Positions 8,591 to 15,807 of a stretch of DNA of 16,884 nucleotides are shown piece after piece. Origin of the DNA: a candidate division WOR-3 bacterium (lineage in GTDB: Bacteria; Hydrothermota; Tepidihabitantia; SM23-42; JAOAFX01). The first letter of the stretch is position 1, and every line of letters begins with the position of its first letter. The stretch is from assembly GCA_037444665.1 (NCBI GenBank), contig JBBILZ010000052.1, forward strand, positions 1 to 16,884. The letters are read 5' to 3'. The notes under the pieces were generated by a model that worked only from the letters and a program-made list of their open reading frames with translations, was not told the origin of the DNA and ran no database searches. The position numbers were made by a program, and so were the translations under genes.

Positions 8591-9666
8591 TACAGTTTAA
8601 AGCCGAAAGAGAGTAAAATATAATTTTGTGTTTCATCAAAAATATATTTATTTTCTATACCCAAGCCTCCGAAATCTGTATTTGCATAGTCTCTCTTTCC
8701 AAATGCGTAACCCACATCAAAATAATAATTCCCTGTCTGCCCGCCAAAACCGAGCGTAATGTTTGTAGTCCAGACTGCAGGCTCAACATAGTCGGGAAAG
8801 ATACAAAAGCCATACCGTAAATGGTAATTATAAAGAATCGTGTGTTCCACGCCAAATTTATAAATTAACAGAGGCTCATCCCAGAGTTCATAATCAATCT
8901 CTGCCAGAAACTTTGTGGGAACACGATGAGGAGGTTGATAATAAGCACCAAAATTATGGCAGCTAGGAAAATGCAGTGATGCGGTATCACTGGTCACATT
9001 TGCTTTATGAGAATAATAATAACCAAGGCGAAAATGCGATGATGGAGCAAAAATCAGACCAAACTTTGTATTATTCCCAGACCAATTGTGTTTTATATTT
9101 ATTATAGAATCTTCACCCTGCGGAAATAGTGTTCTCAAATCCCGCTCTGTTTCGCCAAAAATAAAACCCTGTTCCACACCGATATTTATTCCTTTGAAAT
9201 TAATACCCACAAGCGGTGCAGTAGAGTTAAGGGAACCTGTATAGAGATTATCTACAGTTTTGATAATTTGATAAAAATCATCGCGATAATCATAATGGTA
9301 ATGATAATTGAAATCCTGATAACGATAATATCTTACACCAAATCTTAAGAATTTTATCGGCAGCAAAAATCCAGCCGGTGCAAAATCCAAATCAGTGGTT
9401 CTATTTATTGAGATTGTGGCAATACCGATGTTGTTACCATAATCATCATATACCCGCAAACCTCTTTTTTCTGCACCGCTATATAAAATTCCATTAAAAT
9501 TGAAACAGACCCTATCTATTAAACCACTACTTGCAGGATTGAGATTATTTTCAAGAACTGTAAGATTGCCACCAAGTCCCAGAGAACGGGCATCATAGAA
9601 AAATATGCGGTCGCCATTATTCAGAACGCCGGGCAATGTAAAATTTAAAAGAATTAAAAGTAGCAT
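8590..9666 (-). CDS. Outer-membrane beta-barrel protein (FadL/OmpP1/PorV-like)
   Basis: DARSLGLGG...NPA motif, aromatic-rich alternating strands and a C-terminal strand YILLSFGFKL. TAATG-coupled to the nucleotidase gene. Confidence 0.7.
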   Translation of the reverse strand: MLLLILLNFTLPGVLNNGDRIFFYDARSLGLGGNLTVLENNLNPASSGLIDRVCFNFNGILYSGAEKRGLRVYDDYGNNIGIATISINRTTDLDFAPAGFLLPIKFLRFGVRYYRYQDFNYHYHYDYRDDFYQIIKTVDNLYTGSLNSTAPLVGINFKGINIGVEQGFIFGETERDLRTLFPQGEDSIINIKHNWSGNNTKFGLIFAPSSHFRLGYYYSHKANVTSDTASLHFPSCHNFGAYYQPPHRVPTKFLAEIDYELWDEPLLIYKFGVEHTILYNYHLRYGFCIFPDYVEPAVWTTNITLGFGGQTGNYYFDVGYAFGKRDYANTDFGGLGIENKYIFDETQNYILLSFGFKL

Positions 9667-9691
9667 TATTGATTTTGCTCAACCTTTTATT

Positions 9692-10237
9692 TTATGGCAC
9701 TAACACCGCAGCAGCGATAACTGTAGTCCAGAGCCCGTATTTGTCTCCTATTGCAGTCTGGGTCATATTCATTGTTTTAACAATCTTTGTGGAAATCTTC
9801 CATAATTCTTTTCTTTCATCATAACTTGTATCCGGGTCAAATGGAACACCGAGCGTTGTAGCAAGCATCTGTGCGGCAAGGTCTTCAGCCTTATCACCTG
9901 CTTTTGGTTCGGTTTCGCCATAGGAATGGTATTCAGAAAGATAACCATATTGGTTTCGATCCGCTGGTATTGCTACACCGATTGATGCGGCAATAAGACG
10001 ATGTGGTTCATTTGTGCTACATTCTGCAACAATTGTATACACAATTTCACCGGGCGACAAATACTGCAAGCCTTTTGTCTTTGAAACAATCTTAGCACCA
10101 GGAGGCAAGATACTTGAAACCCTTACAATATTGAATGGTGCAATTCCCGCATCCCTGAGTGCTGACTCAAAGCTTGCTAATTTTTCTTTATGTTTACCAA
10201 CACCCTTGGTTAGAAAAACTCTTTTTGGTATAATCAT
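9692..10237 (-). CDS. pdaD: Pyruvoyl-dependent arginine decarboxylase
   Basis: PKRVFLTKGVG, SFESALRDAGIA.FNIVRVSSILPP (Ser-Ser self-cleavage site), YGYLSE and WTTVIAAAV; 181 aa. Confidence 0.92.
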   Translation of the reverse strand: MIIPKRVFLTKGVGKHKEKLASFESALRDAGIAPFNIVRVSSILPPGAKIVSKTKGLQYLSPGEIVYTIVAECSTNEPHRLIAASIGVAIPADRNQYGYLSEYHSYGETEPKAGDKAEDLAAQMLATTLGVPFDPDTSYDERKELWKISTKIVKTMNMTQTAIGDKYGLWTTVIAAAVLVP

Positions 10238-10251
10238 TTTCTCTTCTTATC

Positions 10252-10324
10252 TGGAGCAGACCAGAGTCGAACTGGCGGCCTTCTCGCTGCGAACGAGACG
10301 CTCTCCCAACTGAGCTACTGCCCC
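10252..10324 (-). tRNA. tRNA-Ala (anticodon CGC); 3' CCA not encoded
   Basis: Sequence GGGGCAGTAGCTCAGTTGGGAGAGCGTCTCGTTCGCAGCGAGAAGGCCGCCAGTTCGACTCTGGTCTGCTCCA. It folds as a full cloverleaf with the G3:U70 Ala determinant, anticodon stem TCTCG/CGAGA, a TTCGA T-loop and discriminator A73. Confidence 0.97.
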
Positions 10325-10338
10325 ATTAAAATTTTATG

Positions 10339-10366
10339 ATTATAACAAAAATTTAATAAATGTCAA
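10339..10366 (-). promoter_or_regulatory. Consensus promoter for the tRNA-Ala/pdaD operon
   Basis: Minus strand: TTGACA (10366-10361), N16, TATAAT (10344-10339), with a TGn extended -10. It ends 14 nt upstream of the mature tRNA. Confidence 0.85.
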
Positions 10367-10411
10367 CAATGATGTTAAATAAATTTTGGCGTTACAATAT
10401 TTTACCTCATT

Positions 10412-10433
10412 GTAGTTGCCCGATTTATCGGGC
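10412..10433 (+). repeat. GTAG-type REP-like palindrome
   Basis: GTAG-TT-GCCCGAT-TT-ATCGGGC: a GTAG tetranucleotide followed by a GC-rich palindrome with 7-bp arms, in an AT-rich intergenic region. Confidence 0.6.
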
Positions 10434-10481
10434 GTAAATTAAATTTTTGTTCAGGTGGAAAGGGGGATTGAAAATGGTTAT

Positions 10482-10644
10482 TGGTTATAGGGCATAGATG
10501 CTGGTATGGTTAAAGAACAAGGTTATTGGATTTTAAAAAGACCTTGACCTCTTGACGAAAGACGAAACGGGCTGCGCAACCGTATAACGAGCGACGATTT
10601 AGTGAATAGTCTATGGTTGTAAGGCATGGCAGCCAGTATGGTTA
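10482..10644. repeat. Pair of degenerate 31-nt direct repeats built from TGGTTA(T)-like units
   Basis: 10482-10512 TGGTTATAGGGCATAGATGCTGGTATGGTTA versus 10614-10644 TGGTTGTAAGGCATGGCAGCCAGTATGGTTA (24/31 identical). ATGGTTATTGGT also occurs twice. Confidence 0.6.
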
Positions 10645-10708
10645 TTGGTCATGGCTGAAGATATTATACAGAGAGTAAAACTGAAAAGGATTAAGCCATC
10701 TAAGGTGA

Positions 10709-10736
10709 TTGACTTTGTCTCTCAATTGTGTATAAT
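10709..10736 (+). promoter_or_regulatory. Promoter for the LUD-domain gene (predicted leaderless)
   Basis: TTGACT (10709-10714), N16, TATAAT (10731-10736), then 5 nt to the ATG at 10742. No Shine-Dalgarno sequence. Confidence 0.8.
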
Positions 10737-10741
10737 CTATT

Positions 10742-11383
10742 ATGGACGAAGTGAGAATATGGCAGCAAGAAAAATTATTATTAAAAGTTGTTGACGCATT
10801 AAAAAGGAGAGACTTCAATGCACAATATTTTACTACAGTAAATGAAGTGGATGATTTCTTATTAAAATCTATTCCGGTTGATTCAAGCATCGGTATTGGT
10901 GGTTCAATGACCGTAAGAGAAATCGGTATTATTGAACGATTTGAACAGAGAGGGAATAAAATTATCCATCACTGGCAAAAGGGGTTGACCGAAGAAACCG
11001 ATAAAGTGGTCAGAAAAAATGAGATGCTCGCTGATTATTACCTGACCAGCGCGAATGCCATCACCAAGAACGGAGATATAATAAATATTGATGGCATTGG
11101 CAACAGGATTGCGGCGATGATTTATGGACCAGAGAATGTATATATCATTGCGGGTTATAACAAGATTGTATCATCTATTCACGATGGCATAAAAAGGAGC
11201 AAAGAAATTGCAGCAGTGATGAATGCCAAAAGAGTAAGTGCGAAAACACCATGCGTCTCTACTGGTATTTGCACTGATTGTAATGTTAAAGGCAGAATCT
11301 GCCGGGTAATATCAATAATGCAATTCCGGCCCCTGCAAACAAATATCTCGGTCCTGCTCGTTAACGAAATCCTTGGGTTTTAA
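10742..11383 (+). CDS. LUD-domain (lactate utilization / DUF1121-type) protein with a C-terminal Cys cluster
   Basis: Motifs GIGGSMT, ADYYLTSANAIT..G.IINIDG.GNRIAAMIYGP, GYNKIV and TPC..TG.C.DC....RIC. Confidence 0.85.
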   Translation: MDEVRIWQQEKLLLKVVDALKRRDFNAQYFTTVNEVDDFLLKSIPVDSSIGIGGSMTVREIGIIERFEQRGNKIIHHWQKGLTEETDKVVRKNEMLADYYLTSANAITKNGDIINIDGIGNRIAAMIYGPENVYIIAGYNKIVSSIHDGIKRSKEIAAVMNAKRVSAKTPCVSTGICTDCNVKGRICRVISIMQFRPLQTNISVLLVNEILGF

Positions 11384-11394
11384 TATTAGTTAAA

Positions 11395-14142
11395 CTATTT
11401 CTTTCTCTTTTTTACTGGTTTTGTTTTATAAAGAACATTTGCCTGAGCCGCGGCAAGTCGGGCAATGGGCACGCGGAATGGTGAACAGGAAACATAATCC
11501 ATATCCACTTTATGGCAGAAGTGAATGGAGTTTGGGTCTCCCCCATGCTCGCCACAGATTCCAACTTCTAAATCCGGTCTTGTCTTTCTTCCCCGTTCAA
11601 TCCCGATCTTTATCAATTCACCGATCCCTCTGGTATCAATTGACTGGAATGGGTCACCGGGTAGAATCTTTTTATTTAGATAATCAGGCAGAAAACCACC
11701 GATATCATCCCTTGAAAAGCCAAATCCCATCTGGGTAAGGTCATTCGTTCCATAAGAAAAGAACTGGGCAACCTGTGCAATTTCATCAGCAACAAAACAG
11801 GCTCTTGGAATCTCAATCATTGTCCCATACATATATTTTATCTTTTTCAAGCCGAATTTTGTCAGAACTTCTTTATATACGCGTTCCACAATCTTTACCT
11901 GGTCTCTCAATTCATTAACCTCACCAACAACCGGCACCATAATTTCAGGATATGGGGCTTTGCCCTCTTTTATCAGTTCGGCAGTTGCTTCAAAAATTGC
12001 CCTTATCTGCATTTCACTTACTTCAGGATAGGTAATGCCAAGACGAACACCACGATGTCCCATCATAGGATTTGATTCGTGAAGATTCTCTGCACGCTCG
12101 TTTAATTCATCAAGCGTAATATTAAGTTCTTGTGCCAGTTTTTCTCGCTTTGCAGGTTCATTCGGCACAAATTCATGGAGTGGTGGGTCGAGTAATCTGA
12201 TAACAACTGGATAACCATCCATTGCCTCAAGTACACCCTTCATATCATTTTTTACATATGGAAACAGTTCTTCAAGTGCCTTTCTACGCTCTTCCACAGT
12301 TTTGGAAACAATCATTTTCCGCAACAAGAAAAGAGGCTCATCAGAACCTTTTCCATAAAACATATGCTCAGTTCGCATAAGGCCAATGCCTTTTGCACCA
12401 AATTTCCTTGCCCTTTGAGCATCTGCAGGTGTATCCGCATTTGCCCTGATACCTAAATGTTTTACTGCATCGCAAATTTTTAAGAAATCCTGTAATAGAA
12501 CATTCTCCTCAGCTGATGCGAGCATGGGCAATTGACCTTCATATACATTGCCTTTCGTTCCATTTAAGGTCAGCCATTCACCCTCTTTAAAAACTTTTCC
12601 ATCCACCATTAAAACCTTCTCATCATAATCAACCTGTATTGCACCACAACCAACAATACAGCACTTACCCCATCCTCGGGCAACGAGTGCAGCATGCGAT
12701 GTCATTCCTCCCCGCGCTGTGAGAATTGCCTGTGCTGCCCTCATACCATCTACATCTTCAGGATTGGTCTCTTCGCGCACAAGGATTACCTTTTTACCTT
12801 GTTTTGACCACTCAACTGCATCCTTTGAAGTAAATACAATCTGTCCATTCGCTCCACCAGGACCTGCTGGCAAACCCCTGGCAATAGGTTTTACATTTCG
12901 TTCTGCATTGGGGTCAATCATTGGGTGCAATAATTCATCAAGTTGTCCTGGAGTAACGCGCATTACTGCTTCTTCTTTTGTAATCAACTTTTCCCTTAGC
13001 ATATCAACTGCCATCTTTACTGCTGCAGGGCCATTCCTTTTACCTACCCTACACTGGAGCATATAGAGCGTGCCCCGTTCAATCGTGAATTCAATATCCA
13101 GCATATCCCGATAATGACGCTCAAGTTTTCTCTGCCATTGATAAAGTTCTTTATATGCCTCAGGCATAGCCTTTTCCATTGAGACCAAATCTTTGTTATG
13201 TTCGCTCTTGGAATATTCATTGACCGGAGCAGGTGTTCTTATTCCTGCCACAACATCTTCTCCCTGAGCATTGATCAGATATTCACCATAAAATTGATTA
13301 TCACCATTGCCCGGATTGCGTGTAAAGCCAACACCGGTTGCAGAATTTTCGCCCATATTACCAAAGACCATTGCCTGCACATTGCATGCTGTCCCCCAGT
13401 CATCAGGAATTCCTTCAATCTTTCTATAGGCAACTGCCCTCTTCCCATTCCATGATGCAAAGACTGCCTTTATACCACCCCAGAGTTGTTCTTCCGGGTC
13501 ATCAGGAAAATCTTTTCCTAAAACTTCTTTCACCTTTTGTTTGAACAAAACACACAATTCTTTCAAATCCCGTGCAGTTAAATCAGTATCATTTTTATAA
13601 TTTTTCTCTTTTTTCATTTCATTCATAATCTCTTCAAGTTGGTGCCTGATACCTGAATTATCATCCTTTGGCTCAATACCTGCTGCCTTTTCCATTACCA
13701 CATCAGAATACATCATTATTAATCTACGATATGAATCATAAGCAAACTTCTCATTTCCATTACTCTGTTTTATCAATCCAGGAATGGTCTTCTCAGTGAG
13801 ACCAATGTTCAAAACCGTCTCCATCATTCCCGGCATTGATGCACGCGCACCAGAACGAACTGAAACGAGAAGAGGATTGTCCGGGTCACCAAATTTTTTT
13901 CCTAAAAGCATCTCAATCCGCTTCATTGCCTTATTTACTTCGTTTTTCAAAGGTTTTGGTAAACTCTTTCTATTTTTATAGTAATAATTGCAGACATCAG
14001 TTGTGATTGTAAAACCAGGAGGAACTCTGATGCCAAGATTTGTCATTTCAGCAAGGTTTGCACCTTTACCGCCGAGCAGATTCTTATCCCTTGCTGAACC
14101 ATCAGCCTTTTTGCCTCCAAAATTATAGACCAATTTTTTCAT
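11395..14142 (-). CDS. ppdK: Pyruvate, phosphate dikinase
   Basis: LLGGKGANLAEM, LVSVRSGA, AQGEDVVAG, phospho-His motif GGMTSHAA, GTNDLTQ and catalytic Cys in GICGEHGGDP. The start is placed at ATG 14142, behind the SD sequence GAAAGGAG. Confidence 0.97.
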   Translation of the reverse strand: MKKLVYNFGGKKADGSARDKNLLGGKGANLAEMTNLGIRVPPGFTITTDVCNYYYKNRKSLPKPLKNEVNKAMKRIEMLLGKKFGDPDNPLLVSVRSGARASMPGMMETVLNIGLTEKTIPGLIKQSNGNEKFAYDSYRRLIMMYSDVVMEKAAGIEPKDDNSGIRHQLEEIMNEMKKEKNYKNDTDLTARDLKELCVLFKQKVKEVLGKDFPDDPEEQLWGGIKAVFASWNGKRAVAYRKIEGIPDDWGTACNVQAMVFGNMGENSATGVGFTRNPGNGDNQFYGEYLINAQGEDVVAGIRTPAPVNEYSKSEHNKDLVSMEKAMPEAYKELYQWQRKLERHYRDMLDIEFTIERGTLYMLQCRVGKRNGPAAVKMAVDMLREKLITKEEAVMRVTPGQLDELLHPMIDPNAERNVKPIARGLPAGPGGANGQIVFTSKDAVEWSKQGKKVILVREETNPEDVDGMRAAQAILTARGGMTSHAALVARGWGKCCIVGCGAIQVDYDEKVLMVDGKVFKEGEWLTLNGTKGNVYEGQLPMLASAEENVLLQDFLKICDAVKHLGIRANADTPADAQRARKFGAKGIGLMRTEHMFYGKGSDEPLFLLRKMIVSKTVEERRKALEELFPYVKNDMKGVLEAMDGYPVVIRLLDPPLHEFVPNEPAKREKLAQELNITLDELNERAENLHESNPMMGHRGVRLGITYPEVSEMQIRAIFEATAELIKEGKAPYPEIMVPVVGEVNELRDQVKIVERVYKEVLTKFGLKKIKYMYGTMIEIPRACFVADEIAQVAQFFSYGTNDLTQMGFGFSRDDIGGFLPDYLNKKILPGDPFQSIDTRGIGELIKIGIERGRKTRPDLEVGICGEHGGDPNSIHFCHKVDMDYVSCSPFRVPIARLAAAQANVLYKTKPVKKRKK

Positions 14143-14213
14143 TTTTCTCCTTTCAATATTACTATTCACTTTGCGCTGATTAAAAAACTTTCTGCGCCAA
14201 GACTCAATAAAAT

Positions 14214-15527
14214 CTATAATTTAAGACAATTTTTAATGAGTCTCACGAGAATATTGCCATTCTTTTCTTTTAACTCATAAGTTACTTTTACTGCAGGTTT
14301 ATTTATATTTAAAAATTTCCGTAAATCTACTGGTGTTCCAATAACCACAACATCGGCAGGAGTATTATTAATGCTCTGATTCAATTCCTCTATTTGTTTT
14401 TGTGAATAGCCAAGCGCTGGAATGAGCGGTCCAATTTGGGTATATTTTTCATAAGTTTTTTTTATAGAACCCACCGTATATTTTCTTGGGTCAACAATGC
14501 TTTTTGCATGATATTTTTTTGCTGCGATTACACCTGCACCAAAACTCATTTCACCATGGGTCAATGTTGGACCATCTTCAACAACTACCACTCTCTTGTT
14601 TTTAATGAGTTTAGATTTATCAACGACCACAGGAGAATATGCTTCCAATATGATAGCATTTCGGTTTAGCATTTTTAGATTTTTTTTCATTTTTTGTACA
14701 ATTTTCGGATTTGCTGAATCTACTTTATTAATAATGATAATATCAGCCATGCGCACATTTGCTTCACCTGGATGGTATGTAGATTCATTGCCTGACCTTA
14801 ATGGGTCAACAACAACGATGTGCAAATCTGGTTCATAAAATGGTAAATCATTATTTCCACCATCCCAAACAATCACATCGGATATTTTTTCAGCAGCTTT
14901 CAAAATTTTTTGATAATCAACACCAGCAAATACCGTATTCCCTCGTTTTATATGGGGCTCATACTCTTCCCGCTCTTCAATGGTGCAATTATATTTATCT
15001 AAATCCTGAAGCGTTGAAAATTGTTGGCTCTCCTGCTTTGTTAAATCGCCATAAGGCATCGGGTGTCTGACCACTGAAAACTTAATACCATATTTATTCA
15101 AAATATCACAAACCCTTCTTGTGGTCTGGCTCTTTCCTGCGCCGGTGCGTGCCGCACAAATGGAAATAACCTTTTTACTTGACTTTAAAATTGAAGATTT
15201 AGGTCCCATAAGCCAGAAATCAGCGCCCGCAGCAAGCACTTCAGATGCCTTATGCATAACATACTGGTGTGAAACATCAGAATAAGAAAAGACTACCACA
15301 TCTATTTTAAATTTTTTTATCAAATTAGTCAAATCCTTTTCAGAATAAATGGGGATTCCAGTTGAATAATATGGTCCAGCTAAGTCTGCTGGATACTCTC
15401 TACCTTCAATATTTGGTATCTGGGTAGCTGTAAAACCAATAACCTTATAGTCGTGATTATATTTAAAAAAAGTATTAAAATTATGAAAATCTCTGCCTGC
15501 AGCACCCATAATTATAACCCGTCTCAT
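14214..15527 (-). CDS. COG2403 P-loop ATPase (usually auto-annotated cyclic 2,3-diphosphoglycerate synthase/GTPase); likely arginine synthetase (ArcE-type)
   Basis: Motifs GAAGRDFHNFN, ATQIP.IEGR.YP, P-loop RTGAGKSQT, RHPMPYGDL, EEREEYEPH, WDGGNND and EDGPTLTHG. Strong SD sequence TAAGGAGG. Confidence 0.8.
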   Translation of the reverse strand: MRRVIIMGAAGRDFHNFNTFFKYNHDYKVIGFTATQIPNIEGREYPADLAGPYYSTGIPIYSEKDLTNLIKKFKIDVVVFSYSDVSHQYVMHKASEVLAAGADFWLMGPKSSILKSSKKVISICAARTGAGKSQTTRRVCDILNKYGIKFSVVRHPMPYGDLTKQESQQFSTLQDLDKYNCTIEEREEYEPHIKRGNTVFAGVDYQKILKAAEKISDVIVWDGGNNDLPFYEPDLHIVVVDPLRSGNESTYHPGEANVRMADIIIINKVDSANPKIVQKMKKNLKMLNRNAIILEAYSPVVVDKSKLIKNKRVVVVEDGPTLTHGEMSFGAGVIAAKKYHAKSIVDPRKYTVGSIKKTYEKYTQIGPLIPALGYSQKQIEELNQSINNTPADVVVIGTPVDLRKFLNINKPAVKVTYELKEKNGNILVRLIKNCLKL

Positions 15528-15682
15528 AGAACCTCCTTACTATCTTCCCTTAAACCAGAAAAAAACTGGGCACATAAATAGGCTCTCTATTAAAGCCCTG
15601 ATATCCTTCACTGTTTTCTGTCCAGTGAGTAAAGGCTCCTTGATTAATATGTTTATGTCTATCAGACTTATCCTGGTAGCAT

Positions 15683-15710
15683 ATTATATCCAGATTTAAG
15701 CAAAAGTCAA
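15683..15710 (-). promoter_or_regulatory. Promoter for the ArcE-like/ppdK unit, giving a 5' leader of about 150 nt
   Basis: Minus strand: TTGACT (15710-15705), N16, TATAAT (15688-15683). Confidence 0.75.
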
Positions 15711-15807
15711 TAAGCAGGTAAATCTCCCTATCTTCCCCTGCTATAAAAGGTTTGTCAATATAAAAATTTCCTCTTTACAATCTCCTTTCTATAAATATAA
15801 TTTACTG

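Noticed and set aside
10470..10655. CRISPR array
   Set aside because: There are only two degenerate repeats about 100 nt apart, they are not palindromic, and no cas genes are present.
14143..14169. Upstream start (14169) for ppdK
   Set aside because: The extension contains the SD sequence (GAAAGGAG) for ATG 14142, and PPDK homology begins at MKKLVY.
503..15070. Numerous short ORFs from the six-frame track (e.g. 503-694, 651-908, 1183-1368, 1957-2244, 5800-5982, 6230-6662, 8428-8855, 10014-10313, 10642-10890, 11421-11738, 12719-13981, 14436-15070)
   Set aside because: They lie antisense to or out of frame within well-supported genes or the tRNA, and have no recognisable motifs or translation signals.
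15540..15737. 10-nt direct repeat CTATCTTCCC (15540-15549 and 15728-15737) as a target-site duplication
   Set aside because: The enclosed DNA is the native promoter and leader, not an element, and IS110 elements do not make such duplications. It may be chance or a regulator site.
15731..15758. IS-derived hybrid promoter driving the ArcE-like gene
   Set aside because: The outward TTGACA has no -10-like hexamer 16-17 nt downstream (GGAAGA), and a complete native promoter exists at 15710-15683.
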